This document shows positions 1 to 8,655 of a stretch of DNA of 64,000 nt, piece after piece. The notes beneath the pieces are model-generated. The model worked only from the letters and a program-made list of their open reading frames with translations. It made no database searches and was not told the DNA's origin. A program made the translations under genes and the position numbers. The DNA lies in the IMG/VR virus record IMGVR_UViG_3300037245_001773, positions 1-64,000 of that record, one strand, 5' to 3'. Every line of letters starts with the position of its first letter. The first letter of the stretch is position 1. This stretch comes from a virus.

Positions 1-135
1 TTTTTTTGTTTCAAGTGGCTCAAAATCTGACCCGCCGTATGTAACTTTTTGACCTGGTTCTGCGTCGAAGTCACAACTACATGATAATGGCATTTTATTT
101 CCTTTTTAAGATTGCCTTTGTTGTGTTGATAAGGT

Positions 136-543
136 TTATAGCCACACTTGGTTATCTGTCAGCATAATCGCTATTTCATCAGCATTGACAGTTTTTACAG
201 TTTCCGAGCAAAAATTACATCCTAAATAAAAGATGGTCTGGACTTCGTTTAATTTTAATCGGCCATCTACTACCCCACTATTTGTATTTTGGGTGCAACC
301 CCACTCTAAATCAGTACTTCCGCATTCTCCACATTTTGGATTGTTTTCGGAAGGTTCTCGGTCACCTGACAAGCCTTTCAAAGTATCGATGCACTCCTGT
401 TCGTCACCATCCTCAAGTGCTGTGAGTGCGTTTCTGGCTTGTGTTGAATACGCTGTTCTGGCAAAGAGCATGGTTTTTTCGAGCTCTTGAATCTTAACTT
501 TTAAATGAGTAATTTCAATACTGTCAGACATGATTTTCTCCAA
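136..543 (-). CDS. Hypothetical protein with C-terminal CxxC...CxxC zinc ribbon
   Basis: CGEC...CNFC; coiled-coil-like N-terminus. Confidence 0.7.
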   Translation of the reverse strand: MEKIMSDSIEITHLKVKIQELEKTMLFARTAYSTQARNALTALEDGDEQECIDTLKGLSGDREPSENNPKCGECGSTDLEWGCTQNTNSGVVDGRLKLNEVQTIFYLGCNFCSETVKTVNADEIAIMLTDNQVWL

Positions 544-660
544 GTTTGGTCATACTACCCGGTCGGTGTTTCGACATTTACTTAGCCGTTCTTACCTTAA
601 ATGTGACAAAGAGCACTGAACCGGGTAGCAAGTGTGGTTATTTACGTTATTACTACGATT

Positions 661-888
661 CTAACTGCTGCCGTTGTTGCGTTCAGAGGCATGAATAAAA
701 TGCTTTGAATCTTTCATTTTACCTATTTCACGATTAAGCCTTTCAACCTGGTCCACCTCTTGTTTTTCCAAACCGATCAGGCATTTTTCGCAAAGGGCAA
801 AGAATTTTTCATATTCATGTCTGATGCTGAATAGCTTTTTATCACAGAAATAGCACTTTATTTCTCTTGGATCGGTTGGTGCTTCCAT
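661..888 (-). CDS. Small zinc-finger protein
   Basis: CYFC...CEKC; start overlaps upstream stop. Confidence 0.65.
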   Translation of the reverse strand: MEAPTDPREIKCYFCDKKLFSIRHEYEKFFALCEKCLIGLEKQEVDQVERLNREIGKMKDSKHFIHASERNNGSS

Positions 889-1268
889 TAAGCCTCTATT
901 TGTTTTACAGATTTACCCGATCCACTGCACCGATTGCATGGCCTGTATTTTGTCCCATCCTTTGCGCTCCATGAATTCATGACTTTACCTTCACCGAAAC
1001 ATTGAGCACAATTTCCGGTTTCTTTTTCATATTTTTCACACCAAACAATCGTTTCGTCTGCTGTCATAACGGTTTTTCTTTCTCCCTCTGGAAGCCATCT
1101 CACATCACCTTTATTCTTGCCCCTTGTGATTATTTTTGTGAGACTGCCCTCTAACAGCATCATATCCCCTTCGATTCTTTCAAATCTAAAGAAGTCAAAA
1201 CCAATCTCAGTACTTAATTTATCTTTTCCGGCTTCACCGTAGTGCTTAAATGACAATTCAAAACTCAT
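888..1268 (-). CDS. Hypothetical protein with DnaJ-type CxxCxGxG zinc finger
   Basis: CAQCFGEG and CNRCSGSG motifs; AGGAG RBS. Confidence 0.75.
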   Translation of the reverse strand: MSFELSFKHYGEAGKDKLSTEIGFDFFRFERIEGDMMLLEGSLTKIITRGKNKGDVRWLPEGERKTVMTADETIVWCEKYEKETGNCAQCFGEGKVMNSWSAKDGTKYRPCNRCSGSGKSVKQIEA

Positions 1269-1295
1269 GGCTTATTCTCCTATTTGTTTTACAGG

Positions 1296-1733
1296 TTAAA
1301 GATAGTCTGAGTAATCTGGCTCAGGGTTGCATTCGGCAAACATGGCCTTTTTTTCCTTATTCCAAACAAATCCCGGAAATAACCCTGTTGTTTTGGTTAG
1401 GCGCATTGCAGAAAGAATACACGCCGGACAGTTGTTAGACGCTTTCCTTAATTCATCAAGTACAGTTTCTTCAAATTCACCTGATTTAAGCTCTGTCCAT
1501 TCCCATGGGGTATTTCCTTGCTCATCTTCGGTACTCATCCAGATAATTGATTTATTGATTATCTCAGTTAAGTCATTGAGTTTTGGTTGAGTCTCTTCCA
1601 TGATTCTGCAAAATCCACATTTTCTATCAGGGTTTTTAGTGCATGACTCTTCATGGTTTTTCATGTGGCCACCGCTTCCGCCTGACTTTTTGCAGAAGTC
1701 GCAGTAATATCGCCAGCGTTTAATCTTTTTCAT
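1296..1733 (-). CDS. Cys/His-rich hypothetical phage protein
   Basis: YYCDFCKK...HEESC, CGFC, CPAC motifs. Confidence 0.75.
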   Translation of the reverse strand: MKKIKRWRYYCDFCKKSGGSGGHMKNHEESCTKNPDRKCGFCRIMEETQPKLNDLTEIINKSIIWMSTEDEQGNTPWEWTELKSGEFEETVLDELRKASNNCPACILSAMRLTKTTGLFPGFVWNKEKKAMFAECNPEPDYSDYL

Positions 1734-1878
1734 CCTTTTCCTTTTTGGCTGTCAGGCTTTCAAAATACAAATCGATTCCCCTTCTCACAACTTCTGATCC
1801 AGGGATCCCCGTTTTAATTTTGTGCTCTTTAAGTCGTTTGATTTGATCCTCTCGGATTGGAAAGTTTGTTGTTTTCAT
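1720..1878 (-). CDS. Ribbon-helix-helix regulator, 52 aa (below ORF-track cutoff)
   Basis: Manual translation MKTTNFPIREDQIKRLKEHKIKTGIPGSEVVRRGIDLYFES..., CopG/Arc-like pattern, directly behind a TTGACA promoter. Confidence 0.75.
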   Translation of the reverse strand: MKTTNFPIREDQIKRLKEHKIKTGIPGSEVVRRGIDLYFESLTAKKEKDEKD

Positions 1879-1883
1879 ATCTA

Positions 1884-1913
1884 ATATTAGTTAATGTTAT
1901 ATATTTCTGTCAA
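1884..1913 (-). promoter_or_regulatory. Sigma70-type promoter, probably leaderless
   Basis: TTGACA-N18-TAATAT, ATG 5 nt downstream; palindrome CTAATATTAG at 1881-1890. Confidence 0.55.
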
Positions 1914-2326
1914 GCTTTTTTATTAAAATTCTCAACCTCTCTCCTGACATCATCAACAGATTCAACCAGCCAATAAAACCCGCCTGCCCGCCTGACTTTT
2001 ATCTCTCTTTTGATCTGATCAGGAGACTGTTTTTCGCCCGGTTTTTTGACTTCGATCTCTCCATATTTCGAGTTTAGGCAGACGGTTATATCTCCCTTGC
2101 CTCCTCCCTCGGTTTTCTTGGCTTTAATGTAGATATTGCCTACTTTCCGGCCTTTGGTACCGGTTTTTGTAGCGAGGCACCATGGAACACAATTTAGGAA
2201 AGTGAGGATATCGGTTTCTATGCTGGTTTCTGATGGTTCTATTTCAGCGCATAGTTTGCAGACCTGAAACGGCTCGCAATTGCAGATTCTATTTTTCATA
2301 TTAATTATGGATAATTTCTTGTCCAA
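1910..2326 (-). CDS. VRR-NUC / PD-(D/E)xK nuclease (Holliday junction resolvase-like)
   Basis: SETSIETDIL...GDI...IEVKKPG.KQSPDQ...AGG.YWLVES.DDV. Confidence 0.8.
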   Translation of the reverse strand: MDKKLSIINMKNRICNCEPFQVCKLCAEIEPSETSIETDILTFLNCVPWCLATKTGTKGRKVGNIYIKAKKTEGGGKGDITVCLNSKYGEIEVKKPGEKQSPDQIKREIKVRRAGGFYWLVESVDDVRREVENFNKKA

Positions 2327-2586
2327 AAAACTTTCCCGAGTCGTATTGCATAAACCTGTTCACCATGGAATGTTCCGTAAGAAATCCCCGCAAACTCAAC
2401 TCTCATGTTCGGTCGGTGTGATCCGTAACCGTTTACAAAATAGATTCCATCAAAATCTTTGAACTTGTCACCATCCATCAGGCGTTTTGTCCAGTATGGT
2501 TTGATTTCGCGGTATTCAAAAACCTTGCTGCCTGATGCGATTTCGTCAAACCATTTTTTATGAAGGGTCAAGTGTAGAATTTTCAT
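2305..2586 (-). CDS. ASCH domain protein
   Basis: LHLTLHKKWFDEIASGSKVFEYREIKPYW (GxKxxExR motif). Confidence 0.85.
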   Translation of the reverse strand: MKILHLTLHKKWFDEIASGSKVFEYREIKPYWTKRLMDGDKFKDFDGIYFVNGYGSHRPNMRVEFAGISYGTFHGEQVYAIRLGKVFWTRNYP

Positions 2587-2729
2587 TTAATCCCTGTATT
2601 GTTTGCACCGATCCATTTCAGTCCAATTTTTACAGCATTTATTGCAATGGAAAGTTGGTTGTTTTTCTTTCCGATATCTTGGTAAAACATTTCCACCACA
2701 GGGGCACTTGTTTGCTTCTTTTGTCGATT

Positions 2730-2921
2730 TCATGATTCTCCTTTTTCAATAATTAACTTACTATTTGAAGACCCACAATGAGAGCAAGGATATTCATGGA
2801 TCAAATGACAGCAATTCCAGCATTTTGTTATCGGGCCGGTTTTCTTTTCTGTATCCTTGACCAGATTTTCGAATGTGTTTTTGACATTTCTGAACTTTTC
2901 CTCTGCCTCTGCTTCTCTCAT
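2730..2921 (-). CDS. Small zinc-ribbon protein
   Basis: CWNC...CSHCGS. Confidence 0.55.
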   Translation of the reverse strand: MREAEAEEKFRNVKNTFENLVKDTEKKTGPITKCWNCCHLIHEYPCSHCGSSNSKLIIEKGES

Positions 2922-3077
2922 GGCTCTATGTGTGTTTTGGTGTGTGAAAACGTTTTTTATTCCAGCAATATACCTGCATCGTTGAGACAGACAGATAAGG
3001 CCAATAATGTTGACAACTACTACATCGCCAGCTTTTACATCCTTTATAAGGCATAACCCCTCTATGTGTGTTTGTGG

Positions 3078-3230
3078 TTAACGTTCTTCAACAGTAGCGT
3101 ACCACCCTATATTGGTAATCTCACAACAATTTGGGCACTCCCATTCTGTATTATCACAAGCTAGATCCGGGATATCCCCGCCATCCACTTCTGATTTCTT
3201 TTTGCATTTTGGGCACTCAAAGTCTAGCAT
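3078..3230 (-). CDS. Small zinc-ribbon protein, 50 aa (manual)
   Basis: MLDFECPKC...WECPNC; GGGGA RBS. Confidence 0.6.
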   Translation of the reverse strand: MLDFECPKCKKKSEVDGGDIPDLACDNTEWECPNCCEITNIGWYATVEER

Positions 3231-3259
3231 CTTATATCCCCTGTGTTATAGATGGTTTA

Positions 3260-3541
3260 TTATTTTAATAACTTAGAAACAATCATAGCAAATATACCCC
3301 TAATACAAAGACCGTTTGAAAACTGAATATAAGCCTCTGACCATTTTCCATGTCCGCAACAGGCATTCATTGTATATTTTAGATTTTTAATGCATGGATC
3401 ATGGTCGTTTTTTGTGTTTGGTAGATCGCATTTTTTGCAGTCCCTGTCTTTGTTTGAGCTTACAGGGTTTTTTGTGTCTGAATAGAGCCAATGATTTTTT
3501 GTGTATTCTATTTTATGACCTCGATATGTGCTTATTATCAT
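3260..3541 (-). CDS. Hypothetical phage protein
   Basis: YRGH.IEY...HDPCI..L...NACCGHG pattern seen in phage hypotheticals. Confidence 0.7.
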   Translation of the reverse strand: MIISTYRGHKIEYTKNHWLYSDTKNPVSSNKDRDCKKCDLPNTKNDHDPCIKNLKYTMNACCGHGKWSEAYIQFSNGLCIRGIFAMIVSKLLK

Positions 3542-3542
3542 T

Positions 3543-3761
3543 TCACACCTTCACAACAGTAACCGCACGCGCTCCATAGTTATGCATGGAGCATCTAATA
3601 AAAGAAGTGACCCGGTTTGAATACATCTCACATTCCCATACTTGCTTGATATCTCCAAGGTTTACGGAGACTTGGAATTGATCCCGGATTGCTGACTGGA
3701 ATTCTAGCGGGTCGATGTGTCCTAGTGTTGTGTATTCGTCTGGTTTTATTTCGATTTGCAT
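3543..3761 (-). CDS. Hypothetical protein
   Basis: Tightly packed ORF in the minus-strand operon. Confidence 0.5.
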   Translation of the reverse strand: MQIEIKPDEYTTLGHIDPLEFQSAIRDQFQVSVNLGDIKQVWECEMYSNRVTSFIRCSMHNYGARAVTVVKV

Positions 3762-3921
3762 TTTTTAAAGAACTCTTGATTAGATTTTGCACGTTTCACA
3801 GATTTTAAAACAAATTTAACCATCTCAAAGTTGATGAGACCTGCATTAAGGGAAAGCATCAATCCTTTTGCAAGGTAGTATTCAGCGTTTGATTTGTCTG
3901 AGTGATATTTTTCTGTGTGTT

Positions 3922-4791
3922 TCATCGGTAGCTTTCCCCTTCAAACCTCTCAAGAATAACCGATTTACCGCGTACCCTATCAATCATTACTTCAAGGTCA
4001 AGGCTATTTTTGTTTGAATCTGCTATCTGATCTATTGCATGATTGGCTGTTATTATCACAATATGTCGATTTTTAAGCTCTTCAATTAAGAGGAGGAGTT
4101 GGCGAATCTGGAAATCCTTTTGCTTGTCGAATTTGTCAAAGTCATCAATCAAGACGATCTTTTTCATTTTACTTATATCGACATATTCCGGATTGTCAGG
4201 CTGAAGACTCTTGACCCATTTTCCAATTGACAGGAAAGTGGCTTCTCTCTCTGGGTAGTTTTTAATCATCTCCCAGACTGCCCGAGTCGCAAGGGAAGTT
4301 TTGCCCCTGCCGGGATCCCCATAAATATAAATCCATGACCGGCGTATGTTTGACATAATAGTGCTTAGATTTTCACCGAAATTGTGAGAACTGATAAATA
4401 GACGGTCCTTGCGATCATATGGGAATTGGCATTCATCAAGACGTTTGTTGAAGTCGTTTCCATGTCTTTTGAGTGCAATGTTTCTTTTTACGTCATTTTC
4501 CTGAGAAACGAACTTGGAGACATCCTGGAATGGCCGACCTTTTTCATCTTCATGAAATCCCTCAGTATCTTTTATCATTGCGCCAGATTTTATCCTTTCC
4601 CGGGCCTCTTCCATTTTATCCTGAACCCATGTTCGATCTTGAGGGACTATATTTGAAATATTTTCCACGGTTCTTATTTCATGGATTTCTTTTTTAAGAA
4701 CATCGACAACCAATTTTTTATTTTGTTTTTGGACTGCTCTCTGGCTGACTCGCTCTAAGGCTGCGTCTCTTTCAGATATCTGGCGCGTCAT
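3922..4791 (-). CDS. DnaC/IstB-like AAA+ ATPase (helicase loader)
   Basis: Walker A GDPGRGKT, Walker B IVLIDDFD, ITAN, DRV motifs; follows initiator; start moved to the ATG with an AAGGA RBS. Confidence 0.85.
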   Translation of the reverse strand: MTRQISERDAALERVSQRAVQKQNKKLVVDVLKKEIHEIRTVENISNIVPQDRTWVQDKMEEARERIKSGAMIKDTEGFHEDEKGRPFQDVSKFVSQENDVKRNIALKRHGNDFNKRLDECQFPYDRKDRLFISSHNFGENLSTIMSNIRRSWIYIYGDPGRGKTSLATRAVWEMIKNYPEREATFLSIGKWVKSLQPDNPEYVDISKMKKIVLIDDFDKFDKQKDFQIRQLLLLIEELKNRHIVIITANHAIDQIADSNKNSLDLEVMIDRVRGKSVILERFEGESYR

Positions 4792-5614
4792 TGTGTCCTT
4801 TCGGGTATCGGATTTTGTTTTCGTTAGGTTCAGGTGTTCTGCTGTTCTTTTTTTCACTTCCAATCTGATTAAGATAACCGTCAAACTTATTTCCAAACAG
4901 AGTTTCAGGTCTTAAATACTTTTCACTTTCAGTGCCTATCCACTCATTGTATTTTTTATCAATTACCGTTTCGAAGTCCTTTTCTGTGTAATCTTCATTT
5001 AGCCTGGCAGTGATACAGGAAACTGTTTTTGATGCTGTCGCTTTGAATTTTGTTCCAAGTTTTTTATTGAGGTAATCGACAATATTCTTTATTTTAACAT
5101 TCTTTTCATTGTTAGGTGTATTAGGTGTATTGGTTGTGTCCTCTGCCTGTCCTCTGCCTGTCCCTTGGTTGTCCTCTGCCTGTCCTTTTGCTTGTCCTTC
5201 GTCAGTCTGTGATTCAATAGTATCGTCGCCTTTAGGTTGTCCTTCTGCCTGTCCTTTGTAATTATTCATATCTTGATAAAAGTTATAATCACAGATAGTT
5301 ACAATAGAATAATGCGGTTCTGGTTTTATCGATATATTTTCGAACGGTTTATTTGATAAAATTTCCATTATATTTCTGACAGTTGAGGGCTTCATTGCCA
5401 ACCTTTCAGCCGCTTTATTTCTTCCAAATATAAATTGTCCTCTTTCTACCCAAACGGCAGTTGTAGACTTGCCTATTTTGACAGACGCAAATTTGCCTTT
5501 ATGGTTCGCCTGGATCAGACACCAAATGAAAACCTTAAGCCATTTTTCATTCTGGAAAATATCAGATTCATCCAGGGAACGGGCGAGTAAAACACACCCC
5601 CTTGATAAATCCAT
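4772..5614 (-). CDS. Phage replication initiator
   Basis: N-terminal wHTH (WLKVFIWCLIQANH...ERGQF), repeat-rich linker, C-terminal IVDYLN...YLRPETLFGNKFDGYLN. Confidence 0.9.
   Translation of the reverse strand: MDLSRGCVLLARSLDESDIFQNEKWLKVFIWCLIQANHKGKFASVKIGKSTTAVWVERGQFIFGRNKAAERLAMKPSTVRNIMEILSNKPFENISIKPEPHYSIVTICDYNFYQDMNNYKGQAEGQPKGDDTIESQTDEGQAKGQAEDNQGTGRGQAEDTTNTPNTPNNEKNVKIKNIVDYLNKKLGTKFKATASKTVSCITARLNEDYTEKDFETVIDKKYNEWIGTESEKYLRPETLFGNKFDGYLNQIGSEKKNSRTPEPNENKIRYPKGHNDAPDI
5137..5256. repeat. Iteron-like repeats (TGTCCTCTGCC and variants) inside the initiator gene; probable origin
   Basis: Three perfect and several degenerate copies, as in lambda O-type origins. Confidence 0.7.
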
Positions 5615-5821
5615 TTATCCCTGATTCAAATACTCGTTAATGGCTTTTTTAACATCATCACGCATGGTCCGAGTGCCTAAAAGCATCATTCCGAAATGCC
5701 CGTGACTTACATTTTCGATCTTGCCCTGAATATGCTCAATATAAAACCATGTTATAGAACCTTTCGGGCTCATTTCCTTAAATTTCTTTTCAAGGTTTTT
5801 CTTTTCTATTGTTTCTAACAT
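5615..5821 (-). CDS. Small putative DNA-binding protein, paralog of 13588-13773
   Basis: WF...HF.MML.G...MRDDVK..I..YL shared between the two. Confidence 0.7.
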   Translation of the reverse strand: MLETIEKKNLEKKFKEMSPKGSITWFYIEHIQGKIENVSHGHFGMMLLGTRTMRDDVKKAINEYLNQG

Positions 5822-5870
5822 AATAATTTTTATAAAGCCCCTTAATTAAAAGAGGCTGACGTTTATGGCA

Positions 5871-6083
5871 TTATGCGCTTCCTGTCGGTTCTTCTTGCTT
5901 AACTTCCTTGATCTCTCTTACAACAGGATAGTGAGTATCCCAAACCGTGACCGTGACAGATTCGCCGGGTTGCAATGTGTGTTTTGTGCCCTCTGCCGGT
6001 TCGCTGCCTTTGTAATGATCAAACTCTGTCACCTCTGCAATATACGTGGTTGACTCGTTTGAAATTTTGATTTCCATTGTCAT
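5871..6083 (-). CDS. Hypothetical protein
   Basis: AAGGAG RBS downstream of a TTGACT-N17-TTTAAT promoter. Confidence 0.6.
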   Translation of the reverse strand: MTMEIKISNESTTYIAEVTEFDHYKGSEPAEGTKHTLQPGESVTVTVWDTHYPVVREIKEVKQEEPTGSA

Positions 6084-6177
6084 GTTGAAAAACTCCTTTA
6101 ACTATTTCAAAATCAGCTCGTTATTGAACTGTTGCAGTAATTAAAACAACAAATAGAGCAAAAGTCAACTATTATTT

Positions 6178-6450
6178 TCAGAAAGTCGCCTGCCCCGGAA
6201 TATCCAATTCCTCAAAAGGTTTTGTCTCAGTAAATGCGCTGCATACTGGTTTTTCTGTCGCTGGACATATACGCCATTCATCTGGGTATTTTGGATCATC
6301 TATTTCAAATAGAATAACCCTGTCGTGGATGTCGCATTGCCTGATATAATCGCCTGTTTCCTCGTCCATTAAATCATGGTAGCACTTGTCGCAAAATTCT
6401 GACTCAAATGAACATCCTTCTGATCCGGATGTTGGCCTGTATTTTTTCAT
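6178..6450 (-). CDS. Hypothetical phage protein
   Basis: YRPTSGSEG..F...FC..C...P.EW...P.C.AF pattern. Confidence 0.7.
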   Translation of the reverse strand: MKKYRPTSGSEGCSFESEFCDKCYHDLMDEETGDYIRQCDIHDRVILFEIDDPKYPDEWRICPATEKPVCSAFTETKPFEELDIPGQATF

Positions 6451-6635
6451 AGCTTACTCCGGCATTTGGCAGAGCAAAAATGATACCATTCGCCCTCATG
6501 CTTTTTAAAACTCCATCCATCCCGTTTTGCCTGGTCGATGCAGTCCTGAAAGGTGCCGTCAAATTCGTCTTCATTTATGCATATGTCGCAATTTAGCGTC
6601 ATATGCTCGGCTTTGTTTATATATTTTTGGGTCAT
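6447..6635 (-). CDS. Small zinc-binding protein
   Basis: CDIC...GW...HFCSAKC. Confidence 0.7.
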   Translation of the reverse strand: MTQKYINKAEHMTLNCDICINEDEFDGTFQDCIDQAKRDGWSFKKHEGEWYHFCSAKCRSKL

Positions 6636-6872
6636 AATAACCCCTCTTAATGTGAGTGTTTTTTGGATGCTTAGTCAAAAGAAGAAACAAAAGTTTGATC
6701 AAGCTTATTAATAGCCTGGTCAATATAAGAAACAGGATCGTGACCACTGGCGCCTTCAATTTTCCTGCGCTTAAGTATTTTATTTCTGAGAGCGCAGAGC
6801 TGGTCATGGATTGATGAGAGTTTTAGCTCTTCTGAATGTGTAATTTTTTTCATATTTGTTTTAGTATGTGGT

Positions 6873-7172
6873 TTATTTTTTAAACACCCATTCACACCGC
6901 CCGCCATCCCTAACCATTTCAAGGATCTTGCCGGATTCAATGTGAATTTTATCAAAGCATATTCCAAGCAATTCAGCCGCTCCCATCGGGATAGGTCCGT
7001 CAAATATTCCCCCGGTTCCCTTGGTGTCCTTTTCGCAATCGTAGCACCATATCAGGTGTTCATATTCTGACCAATGGAGATTTTCACCGTTGCAGATATC
7101 GCACTGGATGCTGAACTTTTGGGGTTTATCGTAGAAACATTCTGTGCGTTTTTTGAGTTCTAATAGTTTCAT
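6873..7172 (-). CDS. Small zinc-ribbon protein
   Basis: CDIC...WSEY..LIWCYDC. Confidence 0.65.
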   Translation of the reverse strand: MKLLELKKRTECFYDKPQKFSIQCDICNGENLHWSEYEHLIWCYDCEKDTKGTGGIFDGPIPMGAAELLGICFDKIHIESGKILEMVRDGGRCEWVFKK

Positions 7173-7338
7173 TAAGTCCCAAATCTAAGTGCCTTTATAA
7201 TCTTTTCGTCTTTCCTGTACTGATAGCGAAAATATTGCGAGATAAGAGTTTTATGGTACTGTTTCCTGTGCGATTCTGAACAGTATTTTCCCGCGCTTGC
7301 TAACTCGATATTACACCAGATACATTTATGTTTTTTCA

Positions 7339-7542
7339 TTATTGATCCTTTAGAAACTCATCGACTGCCCCCGGGTGTTCGTTGGTTGAGGTAAAGTTCT
7401 TAAACGATTTTTCATCAAATACAGTCCTGGTAATTTTACCGCCATTGGCCAGGTATTCAGATACGGCGTTTGAAATAAAAGCGCTGTCTGGTTTGAATTT
7501 TACTGACTTTCTCATTGATCTTCTGTTAATTCGTTTTTTCAT
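7339..7542 (-). CDS. Small protein with SutA-like RNAP-binding motif
   Basis: AVSEYLANGGKITR resembles the (F/Y)LxxGGK(I/V) motif. Confidence 0.55.
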   Translation of the reverse strand: MKKRINRRSMRKSVKFKPDSAFISNAVSEYLANGGKITRTVFDEKSFKNFTSTNEHPGAVDEFLKDQ

Positions 7543-8057
7543 GGTTTGGTTACCTTTTGGCCGGCGATAAGTTCTAAAATTATTCTTGTATGAGTTAATG
7601 GTATTGCACGCTCATTGACAAATGCCTTAACAGCATCAAGACGAATTTGCAACTCTTCCCGGTTCGGTTCTGATGGTTTTTGTTTTATCCATGTTATGTG
7701 GCAATCCTCATGTAGCACTATTTTGTCGCCTGTTCTTACTTCTATTTCACAGTAGGGCTCATTCCAGAACAAAACCTTAATGTCTTTTTTGTTGTGCTCA
7801 TAGAGTTTGGTAAAATGACGCGCCTCTTTTCCTAAATCTTTTGGAGGCGTCAAATCCAGATAATGAGTTGGCTCCGGTACTTCTGTGATTTGATATTTGG
7901 TTGTCTCTTTCCATTCTGGTATCAACCCCAATTGACCAGCTGGTTTTAAAAGACAATCATAATCTGGCTCCTGTCCAGAACATGACTTAAGGCATGGAAG
8001 AGTTTGTTGAATGCATTTTTTATTCATGCACATCCATACTGTTTTTGACATTTTCAA
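7539..8057 (-). CDS. Hypothetical protein
   Basis: Coupled ORF with AAGGAG RBS. Confidence 0.55.
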   Translation of the reverse strand: MKMSKTVWMCMNKKCIQQTLPCLKSCSGQEPDYDCLLKPAGQLGLIPEWKETTKYQITEVPEPTHYLDLTPPKDLGKEARHFTKLYEHNKKDIKVLFWNEPYCEIEVRTGDKIVLHEDCHITWIKQKPSEPNREELQIRLDAVKAFVNERAIPLTHTRIILELIAGQKVTKP

Positions 8058-8413
8058 TCTCCTTGGTTGTGTGATAGTTCAATTAATCGATCCCACTCTT
8101 TTTCGTGGGATTTGAGTTGCGCCTGAGTCGCATCAGGTGGAAGTGCTACCGAAAAGATTTGATCCGCTTCAGTGCTCAACCATGCTGTTTTTTCGACTGG
8201 GATTCTGCCGCCCATGATACCGGTCCCGCCTTTGTGGTTTTTTGACTCTGAATGACACCAGCGTTCCGAGCCGGTGACATATCCAAGGTGTCTGCAATGG
8301 CGCTCTTTTGGTGGCGGCTGTTTTTGCAGATTCTTTTTCCGGCGCTTTTCTGGTTTTGGGAATGCAGGAACGTCAACCGCTCTGTCTTTAATGGCTTGGT
8401 ATGTGTGTTTCAC
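8054..8413 (-). CDS. Hypothetical protein
   Basis: Overlapping start/stop; FPKP basic N-terminus and His/Cys residues reminiscent of degenerate HNH-like proteins. Confidence 0.55.
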   Translation of the reverse strand: MKHTYQAIKDRAVDVPAFPKPEKRRKKNLQKQPPPKERHCRHLGYVTGSERWCHSESKNHKGGTGIMGGRIPVEKTAWLSTEADQIFSVALPPDATQAQLKSHEKEWDRLIELSHNQGD

Positions 8414-8655
8414 AGTGCTGAAAACTCTTTTTCAACTTCTGCAAGTTTGATTTGAATGCGTTTTTCTTGGGAGAAAAGGGCGATTTCAAAAAGGTCATGG
8501 TCTATCATCTTGTTTTCCCCGTATGCCCTTACAGCGCATTTATCTGGGTTCCTTTCTCCTCTGGCTCTAATTTCTTCCACCTTTTCAAGTTGACTTTTGA
8601 GTGCTTTGATTCTTTCAGTTAACAGATTTGCTCTCTCAAGTTTTTCATTGTCCAT
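8410..8655 (-). CDS. Coiled-coil hypothetical protein
   Basis: Start moved to MDNEKLERANLL with AAGGA RBS. Confidence 0.6.
   Translation of the reverse strand: MDNEKLERANLLTERIKALKSQLEKVEEIRARGERNPDKCAVRAYGENKMIDHDLFEIALFSQEKRIQIKLAEVEKEFSAL

Noticed and set aside
4792-4896. N-terminal extensions in the ORF track (also 8656-8901, 9329-9385, 45749-45871, 47959-48033, 60698-60784)
   Set aside because: They overlap upstream genes or leaders; internal ATGs with an RBS or family N-terminal motif fit better
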